From Ferroglobus placidus DSM 10642 (lineage in GTDB: Archaea > Halobacteriota > Archaeoglobi > Archaeoglobales > Archaeoglobaceae): a stretch of 32,000 nucleotides of DNA. Where the stretch lies: assembly GCF_000025505.1 (NCBI RefSeq), contig NC_013849.1, forward strand, positions 1,830,001 through 1,862,000. Direction: 5' to 3'. Position numbers and translations under genes: made by a program. The notes below the pieces were generated by a model. It had not been told where the DNA came from and searched no databases. It was given only the letters and a program-made list of their open reading frames with translations. How positions within the stretch are numbered: position 1 is the stretch's first letter; each line of letters begins with the position of its first letter. This document shows positions 1 to 8,212 of the stretch, in pieces.

Positions 1-346
1 CGTCGTATCCGAAATCGTGGGGGTTGAGCTGCCACTTGTAAGTCATTTCCGGAACGTGGTGATCGGAAATTACGAATTCGAGCTTTCTTCTTAGGAGAAG
101 AGAAATGTTACCGCTTCCCAAATCGGTCAACCATACAAACCTGTTTTCGTCGGCTATCTTCTCAGCAGCTTTCTCATCAAGCTGCTTCAAAAAGATGATC
201 TTTGCATCTTTGCCAATTCTGCTTAACGTTTCGAAGGCAATGGCTCCGGAAGTTATGCCGTCGGCGTCTATGTGAGTAACAATTAAGAACTCGTCTTCTT
301 TTTTTATCCTTTCTGAAATCTCGTAAGCTTTTTTTATAAGATCCAC
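1..346 (-). CDS. DHH-family phosphoesterase, RecJ-like nuclease (N-terminal part only; the gene runs off the left edge)
   Basis: Not in the ORF track because it has a GTG start and is edge-truncated. Reverse-strand translation from GTG at 346 gives VDLIKKAYEISERIKKEDEFLIVTHIDADGITSGAIAFETL...WLTDLGSG...EFVISDHHVPE...QLNPHDFGYD. This shows DHH motifs I (HxDxDG), II (DxG) and III (DHH). A BRE/TATA box lies 21 nt upstream. Confidence 0.7.
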   Translation of the reverse strand, partial: MDLIKKAYEISERIKKEDEFLIVTHIDADGITSGAIAFETLSRIGKDAKIIFLKQLDEKAAEKIADENRFVWLTDLGSGNISLLLRRKLEFVISDHHVPEMTYKWQLNPHDFGYD

Positions 347-367
347 AGAAAAGTAGGAGTAAAAAAG

Positions 368-383
368 AAATTAAGGGTTTTGG
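368..383 (-). promoter_or_regulatory. BRE/TATA core promoter for the DHH gene
   Basis: The reverse strand reads CCAAAACCCTTAATTT, which nearly matches the 16-mers upstream of the thermosome gene and the 5S rRNA. It lies 21 nt from GTG 346, implying a leaderless transcript. Confidence 0.45.
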
Positions 384-2021
384 TTAGAACTCAGCTCCTG
401 TTTCTCCGCCTTCTTCTCCACTCTTTTCTTTCTCCTTTTCAAGCGCTTTGGCAGCAATGACGTCGTCTATTCTGAGAATCATCGTAGCAACTTCCGTGGC
501 TGATTTAATAGCCTGCTTCTTAACTCTCAGCGGCTCGAGAACGCCAAGCTCTCTCATGTCCACGACCTTTCCGTTGTAAACGTCTATTCCAGCGTAAACG
601 TTTCCTTGCTCGTGCTTGGACTTAAGTTCAACTAAGATGTCTATCGGATCAAGTCCGGCATTTTCAGCCAAACTCTTGGGAATGATTTCTAAAGCCGCTG
701 CAAAGGCTTCAGCTGCTAACTGCTCTCTTCCACCGAGGCTCGGAGCCCACTCCTTGATTCTGAGACTCACTTCGATCTCCGGAGCACCGCCTCCAGCAAC
801 GACCTTGCCGTCTTCCAACGCTGCAGCCACGACTTTCACCGCGTCCTCTACTCCTCTCGCAATCTCTTCAACCACGTGCTCCGTTCCACCTCTTATTAGG
901 ATCGTCACAGCCTTCGGATTCTTGCAACCAGTTATGAAGACCATCTTCTCGTCTCCGACCTTCTTCTCCTCTACAAGCTCAGCCTCTCCGAGATCTTCTG
1001 GTTTGAGATCTCTTAAGTCGGTGAGTATTCTCGCTCCACAGGCTTTTGCGATCTTTTCTATGTCGCTCTTCTTAACCCTCCTCACAGCAAGAACTCCAGC
1101 CTTAGCCAAGTAGTACTGGGCTAAGTCGTCGATTCCCTTCTGGCAGAAAACTACGTTAGCTCCAGCTTCGACGATCTTGTCGACCATCTCCTTTATCATC
1201 TTCTCCTCCTGCTCTATGAACCTCTGAAGCATGTCTGGATCAGTGATTCTTATCTTAGCGTCGGTCTCAGTTTCTTTCACTTCTAAAGCGGCGTTTAACA
1301 CAAGTATCTTGGCATTTTTCACCCTCTTCGGCATTCCGGGGTGAACGACTTCTTTATCGATGACGATACCCTCGATGAGCTCCGAATCTTCCACAGACGC
1401 TCCAGTTCTCTTTTCTATTTTTACGTTGTCCGTGTCGACTTCTATCTTTCCGTTAACCTCTTCGGCAACTATTTTAACAGCTCTTACAGCAATGTCAGCT
1501 AACTTGTTTATCGCAACTTCAGCTCCCTTGCCGGTCATTGCAGTAGCCGCTATCTTCTTAAGCAGCTCGTCATCGTCTCTGTTCACTTCTATCGCTATGC
1601 TGTCGAGGATTTCCATTGCCTTTTCCGCAGCGAGTCTGTAACCCTTAGCGATTACCGTCGGGTGTATGTCGGCGTCAAGGAGTTCTTCAGCCTTCTTCAA
1701 CAATTCTCCGGCAATGACCACAGCCGTGGTAGTTCCGTCTCCCACTTCGTTCTCCTGAGTCTTAGCAACTTCGATCACCATCTTTGCTGCTGGATGTTCT
1801 ACGTCCATCTCCTTGAGAATCGTTACTCCGTCGTTGGTAATGACGACATCGCCTAAGCTGTCCACGAGCATCTTGTCCATTCCTCTCGGACCTAACGTGC
1901 TTCTCACAGCTTCAGCTATAACTCTGACAGCCATTATGTTCATCCTCTGCGCATCTCTGCCGACGGTCCTCTGCGTCCCCTCCTTCAGAATCAGTATAGG
2001 AGTTCCCTGCAGCGTAGCCAT
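384..2021 (-). CDS. ths: Thermosome subunit (group II chaperonin)
   Basis: 545-aa ORF with ...GRDAQRMNI...[11 protein letters not shown]...ITNDGVTIL...[10 protein letters not shown]... and a C-terminal [10 protein letters not shown] tail. This is full-length group II chaperonin architecture. The SD-like GAGGTGGTGA sits just upstream of the ATG. Confidence 0.97.
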   Translation of the reverse strand: MATLQGTPILILKEGTQRTVGRDAQRMNIMAVRVIAEAVRSTLGPRGMDKMLVDSLGDVVITNDGVTILKEMDVEHPAAKMVIEVAKTQENEVGDGTTTAVVIAGELLKKAEELLDADIHPTVIAKGYRLAAEKAMEILDSIAIEVNRDDDELLKKIAATAMTGKGAEVAINKLADIAVRAVKIVAEEVNGKIEVDTDNVKIEKRTGASVEDSELIEGIVIDKEVVHPGMPKRVKNAKILVLNAALEVKETETDAKIRITDPDMLQRFIEQEEKMIKEMVDKIVEAGANVVFCQKGIDDLAQYYLAKAGVLAVRRVKKSDIEKIAKACGARILTDLRDLKPEDLGEAELVEEKKVGDEKMVFITGCKNPKAVTILIRGGTEHVVEEIARGVEDAVKVVAAALEDGKVVAGGGAPEIEVSLRIKEWAPSLGGREQLAAEAFAAALEIIPKSLAENAGLDPIDILVELKSKHEQGNVYAGIDVYNGKVVDMRELGVLEPLRVKKQAIKSATEVATMILRIDDVIAAKALEKEKEKSGEEGGETGAEF

Positions 2022-2058
2022 CCTTCACCACCTCGAGAGTTTAGTGGATTGGTAGTTC

Positions 2059-2074
2059 TATATAAAGGTTTTGG
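2059..2074 (-). promoter_or_regulatory. BRE/TATA core promoter of the thermosome gene
   Basis: The reverse strand reads CCAAAACCTTTATATA, 37 nt upstream of ATG 2021. This implies a short leader carrying an SD sequence. Confidence 0.55.
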
Positions 2075-2082
2075 TTGAAAGG

Positions 2083-2102
2083 TAAGCCCTGTCAACTTAA
2101 CC
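2083..2102. repeat. Left terminal inverted repeat of the IS
   Basis: TAAGCCCTGTCAACTTAACC compared with the reverse complement of 2754-2773, TAAGACCCGTAAACTTTACC. About 17 positions match, with one indel on each side. The stop codon of the restored transposase frame (2092) lies inside this repeat. Confidence 0.5.
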
Positions 2103-2728
2103 ACCTCAGATGATTGTAATAGAGCATGAAGAGTTTGCAGAATAGATTCCAGTTTTTAATTGGATTTTTAGTGGAAATCGAACAGAAGAACAGCTTAACT
2201 CTCTGTTTAAATGAGCTGAACGTCGCTTCAACCAGACTTCTCTTTCCGAAAGGTTTCATGCTTAAATTCCAAGCCTAAACTTTCTATTGCTTTTCTCAGC
2301 CATGGTGCTTTGTCTATCAAAAACTTGGGTTCGTTCTCGCAGTAATTAAGAACTTCTTTGACGAAAGACCTTGCTGTAAGAATGTTTCTCGTCGTGTAAA
2401 CCCTCATTAAAATCAGCTCGTTCCTTTCAACGTCTACCGCGGCAAAAATGTAGAACTTCTTTTTGTTAGCTTTGACAATCGTTTCATCTATTGCAACAAG
2501 ATTTCTCCGCTTCTTCTCAGTAGAAATTGGTAACTTCTCTTCAAACTTCTTTATCCATTTCCACACAGCCGTATGGGAGACCGGACGAAACTCCGAGAGA
2601 ATTTTAGCCGTTCTCCTCGTCGAAGAAGTTTGAACGTAAGTGGCTACGCCAAGAATTCTAATGTCGTTCGGAACTCTTTCCCTCTCAAACAACTCAAGCT
2701 CCTCTATAAGCTTCTTCAACTTCATCAA
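2092..2728 (-). pseudogene. IS6-like DDE transposase interrupted by a +1 frameshift near 2248
   Basis: The track ORF 2228..2728 has an N-terminal HTH (VSHTAVWKWIKKF) and two catalytic-type Asp motifs (VAIDETIV, FLIDKAPW). It ends ...HETFRKEKSG*. Skipping one nucleotide after HETF gives GKRSLVEATFSSFKQRVKLFFCSISTKNPIKNWNLFCKLFMLYYNHLRWLS*, which carries the expected E motif and ends at 2092. Confidence 0.65.
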
Positions 2729-2753
2729 AATTGTCTGAATAATATTCTGGGAA

Positions 2754-2773
2754 GGTAAAGTTTACGGGTCTTA
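2754..2773. repeat. Right terminal inverted repeat of the IS
   Basis: GGTAAAGTTTACGGGTCTTA is the inverted partner of 2083-2102. Confidence 0.5.
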
Positions 2774-2783
2774 TACTGCGATC

Positions 2784-2798
2784 AAAAACGTTTAATAA
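2784..2798 (+). promoter_or_regulatory. BRE/TATA core promoter for the BFN-domain gene
   Basis: AAAAACG followed by TTTAATAA, 24 nt before ATG 2823. Confidence 0.4.
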
Positions 2799-2822
2799 TT
2801 GATAGGGATTAGGGTTAATGAG

Positions 2823-3275
2823 ATGGAAAGCGATCTACTCAAAGCGGAGATTAAAGGTGTTTACGCAGCTACCACCGTATTCGGCATGTCGCCGGTTGTT
2901 GTTCTTTCAGTGGAAGACGGTAGAATGCTTCCAATTTATATCGGAATTCCCGAAGCGGTTGCGATTTTTTCAGCTCTGAAGAATCAAACCCCTCCTCGAC
3001 CGATGACTCACGATTTAATAGTCGAAATCATACAGAGGTTAAAAGCGAGGGTTGCGAGAGTTGTTATTGACGACATAATCGAAAGCACGTACTATGCGAC
3101 GATTTACTTGGAAGTTGACAACATAGAGGTTGAGGTTGACGCAAGACCGAGCGATAGTATTGCGATAGCTCTTCGAACGAAAGCTCCTATTTTCGTGAGA
3201 AAAGCAGTAATTGACGAAGTCGGAGGAATTGATAAGATACCCGACGACTACGTTGACTTCGAGAGCTTCGTCTGA
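2823..3275 (+). CDS. Bifunctional nuclease (BFN / DNase-RNase, DUF151-type) domain protein
   Basis: The track ORF starts at TTG 2799. ATG 2823 (MESDLL...) fits the promoter spacing better. Family motifs seen: PIYIGxxEA, RPMTHDL and DARPSDSIAIALR. Confidence 0.8.
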   Translation: MESDLLKAEIKGVYAATTVFGMSPVVVLSVEDGRMLPIYIGIPEAVAIFSALKNQTPPRPMTHDLIVEIIQRLKARVARVVIDDIIESTYYATIYLEVDNIEVEVDARPSDSIAIALRTKAPIFVRKAVIDEVGGIDKIPDDYVDFESFV

Positions 3276-3314
3276 AAAGAACAAAGTTTAAGTTTACTTA
3301 GCAAAACTCTCTTC

Positions 3315-3995
3315 GTGTACGGCGTTTACGAGCTCCAGAATTTTCACGTGAAGATTAAAGACTTGGAACTTGGAATTTTCGAAGAAAATGGGATTAAAAT
3401 TTACAGAAGGGACGATTTGAAGAAGGTAATAGTTGCTGACAGCGGGAGAGTCGTTGTTAATCCGGTCGAGCCGGTAAACTTACCCAAGAACATAACGAGA
3501 TACCTTATGGTAGAACTCGATGAGCCGATAGTAATGGAGCCGAAAAACAGCGAGAAGGTAACTCTGACTTTTCCGATCGAAGTTGCTGTCATCTTAGCTG
3601 GAAAGAAGAGCCTTGAGGTTTTGGACGTTTTCAGTTTCGTCAAGCCGAAATACGCTCTTTACGGAGACCCGAGGAACGGCGTAATCTGTCGTTACTGGAA
3701 GAGCGAGGTTTCCGGGGAAGAGGAAGACTTCGTCAAAGGAAAACTCGAAGTTGAAATCAACAATTCGAGCGGCGAGTGGGTGGAAATTGGAAAGCTCGTT
3801 TTCGACGTATACGGGATGAAAATATACTACGGCGAAAGCGTTGTAGCGTTTGCGAGAGCTAACGTTATTTCTGAAAAAGTAGCCGAAACCGAATTCGTTG
3901 ATAAGAGAGCCGGGAAGAAGTCTATCGAGCTTTACCTCGCTCGAAGGATACCGGTGGTTAAGAAAAAATTCGTCATGGAGTGGGGGTTCGTATGA
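3315..3995 (+). CDS. Conserved-looking hypothetical protein (beta-rich, no assignable family)
   Basis: 226-aa ORF with a GTG start and a TATA-like TTTAAGTT 20 nt upstream. Its stop overlaps the MscS start (ATGA). I recognised no catalytic motifs. Confidence 0.65.
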   Translation: MYGVYELQNFHVKIKDLELGIFEENGIKIYRRDDLKKVIVADSGRVVVNPVEPVNLPKNITRYLMVELDEPIVMEPKNSEKVTLTFPIEVAVILAGKKSLEVLDVFSFVKPKYALYGDPRNGVICRYWKSEVSGEEEDFVKGKLEVEINNSSGEWVEIGKLVFDVYGMKIYYGESVVAFARANVISEKVAETEFVDKRAGKKSIELYLARRIPVVKKKFVMEWGFV

Positions 3996-4804
3996 GCCTT
4001 CTCGACTTGAAAGTTTACGAGGATGTAACAGTCGCAGACGTTCTCGTCGTCATCGTAGTTGTCGTTTTCGCAACTATTATTGCGAAAATTGCGACTTTGA
4101 ATTTGCGAAGGGTCTTAGCCGACAAAATGAAAAGAGATCAGCTCGAACTCCTCACAAAAATAGTTTACTGGAGTATAATCATTATCGCTCTGCTTTCCGT
4201 CGCACCTCTCCTCGGATTAAACTTGTCCGGACTTTTAGTGGCTGGAGGAATTGCTGGTATAGTGATAGGTTTCGCAAGTCAAAGCGTTGTTGCGAACCTC
4301 GTCTCCGGAATTTTCCTCATGATCGAGAGACCCGTAAAGCTGGGGGACCAGGTGGAAGTGGGAGGAGTCTCCGGGTTTATCGAAGATATAAATATTATGT
4401 CGACAATAGTTCGAACTTACGACGGGCTTTACGTGAGAATTCCTAACGAGAAGGTTTTCACCTCAAACATAGTCAACTACACCGGCAACGTGGCGAGGAG
4501 GTTCGAATACAAGATAGGGATAAGGTACAACGACGATGCCGATAAAGCCGTTGAAATCATAAAAGAAGTCGTTGAAAATCATCCCTTCGTTTTGAAGTAT
4601 CCGAAGCCTGACGTTTTCGTTGAAGATCTTGGGGACAACGCGGTTATTATCTCCGTAAGAATGTGGGCGCCAGCCACAGAGTGGTTCGCCGTGAAAATGG
4701 AGCTACTTTACAAGATAAAAAAGGAGCTGGAAAAGAACGGTATAGAAATTCCGTTCCCGCAAAGGGTAGTTTGGTTCGCAAACGAACTCGGGCTGAAGAG
4801 GTAA
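3992..4804 (+). CDS. mscS: Small-conductance mechanosensitive channel (MscS family)
   Basis: TM helices are followed by GIVIGFASQSVVANLVSGIFLMIERPVKLGDQVEV...G.IEDINIMSTIVRTYDG..V.IPNEKV. This is the pore helix TM3 plus the beta domain typical of MscS. ATG 3992 overlaps the upstream stop. The track's alternative start is GTG 3980. Confidence 0.9.
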   Translation: MSLLDLKVYEDVTVADVLVVIVVVVFATIIAKIATLNLRRVLADKMKRDQLELLTKIVYWSIIIIALLSVAPLLGLNLSGLLVAGGIAGIVIGFASQSVVANLVSGIFLMIERPVKLGDQVEVGGVSGFIEDINIMSTIVRTYDGLYVRIPNEKVFTSNIVNYTGNVARRFEYKIGIRYNDDADKAVEIIKEVVENHPFVLKYPKPDVFVEDLGDNAVIISVRMWAPATEWFAVKMELLYKIKKELEKNGIEIPFPQRVVWFANELGLKR

Positions 4805-4838
4805 AATTTTTTATTTTCATCTGCTTTTATGAACTTTC

Positions 4839-5822
4839 ATGAGGGAAAAGTTAGCTTTAGCTGTATTCTTCGCAACGATCTTGGCTGTTGCTGCTGGAGT
4901 TGTTTACTACTTCGGCGCGGTTTTCCTTTTAAGGTTGATCCTCGGAATAGGTTTTCTCGGACTTACGCTGCTCTTTGCTCTCGTCTTCGCTTTAACAGCT
5001 TATGCGAAATCTAAACACGTCGTATGGAGCTTTTTCGGCTTCTTAGCCTCAGCTTACGCTCTCTACCAAACGTACACGTGGCAGAATCCGATGCACGTTC
5101 TCTGGATACTCGTGGCTTTCGGTTTAGCTTTCCTCGCTTTCCTCTGGTGGATTTCGGAGCCGAGTTTGAGTTTTGTTGAAAGGCTTAAGAGTGCCGAATC
5201 ACTATACAGAGCTGGAAATTACAGAGCCGCTGCAATAAAATGGGAGAAGAAAGGGCTTTACGAGAAGGCTGCTGAAGCTTACGTAAAAGCTGGATTGCTC
5301 GAAAGCGCAGCGTGGTGTTACGAAAAAGCTGAGAAGTTTGAGAAAGCTGCAGAACTCTACGAAACTCTTGCGGAGAAAAAGGAGGACAGCTACTTCTGGA
5401 AGGAAGCTTCTGAGTTTTACAAAAAAGCTGGGAACTACGAAAAAGCTGCCGAGTGCTTAGCGAAATACGCCGAAGAGGAGCCATGGTTCTGGGAGGATGT
5501 GGCTGAGCTTTACGAAAAAGCCGGAAATAAGGAGAAGGCTGAGCACGCTTTAAGGAAGGCTCTCGAATACTACAAGAAGGAGGCTGAAGAGGAAGGTGTT
5601 TTCTGGGAGGATGTTGCGAAAATATACGAAAAGCTTGGCGAAAATGAGCTTGCTGTTGGGGCTTGGACAAAATTTGCCAAGTACTGTGAAGCCGAAGCTG
5701 AGAAAGATCCAGCTTGGTACAAGCACGCTGCAGAAGCTTACGAAAAAATAGGTGCGGAGAAGAAAGCAGAGGAGATGAGAAAGAAGTACGAGGAGTTTAA
5801 AAAGTCGAGGGAGAAAGGCTAA
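4839..5822 (+). CDS. Membrane-anchored protein with a cytoplasmic TPR/SNAP-like alpha-helical repeat domain
   Basis: The first ~100 aa carry 3-4 hydrophobic helices. About 220 aa of degenerate repeats follow, built on xYxKAGxxEKAAE with recurring FW(K/E)(E/D) motifs. TATA-like T/A tract 21 nt upstream. Confidence 0.8.
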   Translation: MREKLALAVFFATILAVAAGVVYYFGAVFLLRLILGIGFLGLTLLFALVFALTAYAKSKHVVWSFFGFLASAYALYQTYTWQNPMHVLWILVAFGLAFLAFLWWISEPSLSFVERLKSAESLYRAGNYRAAAIKWEKKGLYEKAAEAYVKAGLLESAAWCYEKAEKFEKAAELYETLAEKKEDSYFWKEASEFYKKAGNYEKAAECLAKYAEEEPWFWEDVAELYEKAGNKEKAEHALRKALEYYKKEAEEEGVFWEDVAKIYEKLGENELAVGAWTKFAKYCEAEAEKDPAWYKHAAEAYEKIGAEKKAEEMRKKYEEFKKSREKG

Positions 5823-5858
5823 CGTAGGTTTCAAATACTACTTGGAGAATTTTCTACC

Positions 5859-6344
5859 ATGGGCAGAGCTTGGAAGTTCGGAGACAACGTTGATACGGAC
5901 GTGATCATTCAGGGAAAGTACTTAGTTATAAACGATCCTAAGGAGCTGGCTAAACACGTTTTCGAAAACGTGAGACCTGAGTTTGCCAAGGAAGTGAAAA
6001 AGGGCGACTTTGTTGTGGCTGGAGAAAATTTCGGGTGTGGGAGTAGCCGAGAACACGCTCCTCTCGCTTTAAAAGCCACTGGAATCGAAGCTGTCATAGC
6101 TAAGAGCTTCGCAAGAATATTTTTCAGAAATTCCGTGAACATCGGGTTGAGAGTTATAGAGTGCGATACGAGCAAGATAGACGACGGAGACGAGCTGGAA
6201 ATCGATTACGAGAAGGGAGTGATAATCAACAAAACAAAGGGTATCGAGATACCTTTCAAAAAACCACCGGAGTTCGTTGAAGAGATAATGAGAAGGGGAG
6301 GACTCGTAAATTTCGCCAGAGCGATTTTGAGGGGTGAGCTATGA
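5859..6344 (+). CDS. leuD: 3-isopropylmalate dehydratase small subunit (LeuD-type aconitase swivel domain)
   Basis: 161 aa with [12 protein letters not shown]...[17 protein letters not shown]...FARIFFRN. The loop GKYLVI is hydrophobic, as in IPMI rather than homoaconitase small subunits. Confidence 0.85.
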   Translation: MGRAWKFGDNVDTDVIIQGKYLVINDPKELAKHVFENVRPEFAKEVKKGDFVVAGENFGCGSSREHAPLALKATGIEAVIAKSFARIFFRNSVNIGLRVIECDTSKIDDGDELEIDYEKGVIINKTKGIEIPFKKPPEFVEEIMRRGGLVNFARAILRGEL

Positions 6345-7318
6345 GAATAGCCGTCATTCCCGGAGACGGAATAGGGAAGGAAGTGACGGAAGCTGCTATG
6401 TTAATCCTCGAAAATCTCGATCTGCCTTTCGAATACGTGTGGCTCGAAGCCGGGGATGAGGCGGAGAAAAAGTACGGGAAGCCTCTGCCAGACGAGACTC
6501 TTGAAGAAGTTAAGAGATGCAAGGCTGTTCTCTTCGGAGCTGCTGGAGAAACTGCTGCCGATGTTATAGTTAAGCTAAGGCAAGAGCTCGAAACCTACGC
6601 TAACGTAAGACCAGCTAAGAGCTTCGAAGGAGTCAAGTCGATTCACAAAAACGTGGACATGGTCATCGTAAGGGAAAATACCGAATGTCTCTACAAGGGA
6701 ATAGAATTCGAGGTTGATGGAGTTGCCGAGGCTGTTAGAATAATAAGCAGAAAAGCGAGCGAAAGGATCGTCAGATTCGCTTTCGAGCTTGCGAAGAGAG
6801 AGAAAAGAAAGAGAGTAACAGCTCTGCACAAAGCCAACGTCATGAGAAAGACGTGCGGACTCTTCAAGAGAGTTTTCTACGAAGTGGCGAGGGAGTACGA
6901 AAGAATCGAAGCTAACGACTACTACATAGACGCTGCGTGCATGTACATAGCCATGGACCCGTGGAGGTTCGACGTGATAGTCACTACTAACATGTTCGGA
7001 GACATCGTTTCGGATTTGGCAGCGGGAATAGTTGGTGGCTTGGGCTTGGCTCCTTCAGCCAACATCGGAGACGAATACGCTATATTTGAACCTGTTCACG
7101 GAGCAGCTTTCGACATAGCCGGGAAGGGCATAGCAAATCCGACTGCGATGATTTTAACGGCTTCGATGATGCTCCGCCATTTGGGCTTCGAAGAAGAAGC
7201 TAAAAAAGTTGAAAAAGCTGTGGAGAAGGTCTTGGCAGAGGGCAAGACTACTCCGGATCTCGGAGGGAATTTAAAGACGATGGAAATGGCTGAAGAAATT
7301 TTAAAAGCTATTGAGTGA
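6341..7318 (+). CDS. leuB: 3-isopropylmalate dehydrogenase (beta-decarboxylating dehydrogenase family)
   Basis: 325 aa: [15 protein letters not shown]..., [47 protein letters not shown]. Its start overlaps the leuD stop (ATGA). Confidence 0.88.
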   Translation: MRIAVIPGDGIGKEVTEAAMLILENLDLPFEYVWLEAGDEAEKKYGKPLPDETLEEVKRCKAVLFGAAGETAADVIVKLRQELETYANVRPAKSFEGVKSIHKNVDMVIVRENTECLYKGIEFEVDGVAEAVRIISRKASERIVRFAFELAKREKRKRVTALHKANVMRKTCGLFKRVFYEVAREYERIEANDYYIDAACMYIAMDPWRFDVIVTTNMFGDIVSDLAAGIVGGLGLAPSANIGDEYAIFEPVHGAAFDIAGKGIANPTAMILTASMMLRHLGFEEEAKKVEKAVEKVLAEGKTTPDLGGNLKTMEMAEEILKAIE

Positions 7319-7538
7319 ACAGCTCCTTCTTTATTTCGTCCATAACCTCGACGATTTTTCTTTCAAGCTCCTGCGCATTCCTTAGTATTTCCCTGAGACT
7401 GAACTCGTCTATTTCTTTAAAATCTGGGTGGGAAGAAATGAAGTCTGAGAGATTTACCACTGTGCTTCTCAAATCTCCGAAACAGTCGTTTAGCAGTCCG
7501 AGAATGAGCATCAATCTCGATTTTCTGTCGAGCATCAT
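7308..7538 (-). CDS. Small helical hypothetical protein (76 aa)
   Basis: Its ATG overlaps the tpiA stop (ATGA at 7535-7538), which suggests translational coupling. The sequence is helix-rich and acidic. No family assignable. Confidence 0.5.
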   Translation of the reverse strand: MMLDRKSRLMLILGLLNDCFGDLRSTVVNLSDFISSHPDFKEIDEFSLREILRNAQELERKIVEVMDEIKKELFTQ

Positions 7539-8203
7539 CTCAGCCCCACAAGCTCCTCAAGCGCTTTTCTGGGGTCGCTCGCTTTTACAACTCCGCTTGC
7601 GAGCAAAACTCCGTCAGCTCCGAGGTCTATGGCAGCCACAACGTCTTCGTACTTGGTTATTCCCGCTCCGCACAGAACTTTCACTTCTTCGTTAACGTTT
7701 TTAGCAGCTCTTACGGAATTTTCAACTACTTCCGGCTCCGCTTTACTCACCGGAATGCCGCTTCCGATTAATTCCGGCGGCTCTACAGCCACGAAGTCCG
7801 GAGAAAGAGCTGCCGCTGCTGCAGTTGTGGAAACGTTGTTGGTGCAAACGACTGAAATTAAACCGAGCTCTTTGAATTTGGAGACGAGGAAGTCTATGTC
7901 GGCAAGCCTCAGCCTTCTCTCGCTGTGGTTTATCAAGCTTCCCTTCGCTCCCTTCTCCTTAATCATCTCCGCGGTAATTCTTCCCGTGTGACTTCCGAAC
8001 TCGACAGCATCTACGTGCTGAGCGTAGACGTCTATTCCAACACTCTTTACGATCTCAGCAAGATCCAAAAAGTTTGGAGCTACTCCGAAATAGAAATCAG
8101 ATTTTTCAGCCACTTTTTCAACAGCCTTAGCCAATTCCAACGCGTTTTTTCCGGCTCCCTCCCTATACGCCTTAAAATTTATTATCACAACTTTTTTCTC
8201 CAT
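7535..8203 (-). CDS. tpiA: Triosephosphate isomerase (short archaeal type)
   Basis: 222 aa: INFKAY..., GSLINHSERR, VCTNN, AVEPPELIGSG, CGAGI. SD GGTGGT lies 9 nt upstream. Confidence 0.95.
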   Translation of the reverse strand: MEKKVVIINFKAYREGAGKNALELAKAVEKVAEKSDFYFGVAPNFLDLAEIVKSVGIDVYAQHVDAVEFGSHTGRITAEMIKEKGAKGSLINHSERRLRLADIDFLVSKFKELGLISVVCTNNVSTTAAAAALSPDFVAVEPPELIGSGIPVSKAEPEVVENSVRAAKNVNEEVKVLCGAGITKYEDVVAAIDLGADGVLLASGVVKASDPRKALEELVGLR

Positions 8204-8212
8204 TCTACCACC

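Larger units (their letters stand above)
2083..2773 (-). mobile_element. IS6-family-like insertion sequence (~690 bp) with a frameshifted transposase
   Basis: Imperfect terminal inverted repeats at 2083-2102 and 2754-2773 bracket a single DDE transposase gene. The size and the one-ORF layout fit IS6-like elements. I could not see flanking direct repeats. Confidence 0.6.

Noticed and set aside
2022-2058. Possible heat-shock regulator operator (CTAAC-N5-GTTAG type palindrome) between the thermosome TATA and ATG
   Set aside because: The closest string (CTACCAATCCACTAAAC on the coding strand) is not a palindrome and matches only one half-site imperfectly.
3898-4446. 182-aa Arg/Ser-rich plus-strand ORF overlapping the MscS gene
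   Set aside because: It is an alternative frame of two well-supported genes. Its extreme Arg/Ser composition is typical of out-of-frame translation.
5200-5800. Recurrent GAAAAAGCTG / TACGAAAAAGC strings, considered as DNA-level tandem repeats
   Set aside because: They are the codon imprint of the YEKA(G/A) protein repeats in the 4839..5822 ORF. Their spacing is irregular at the DNA level.
5185-5834. Two minus-strand ORFs (161 and 94 aa) opposite the repeat protein
   Set aside because: They are antisense to the GAA/AAG-rich repeat region. Their openness is a by-product of codon bias. They have no start context or promoter.
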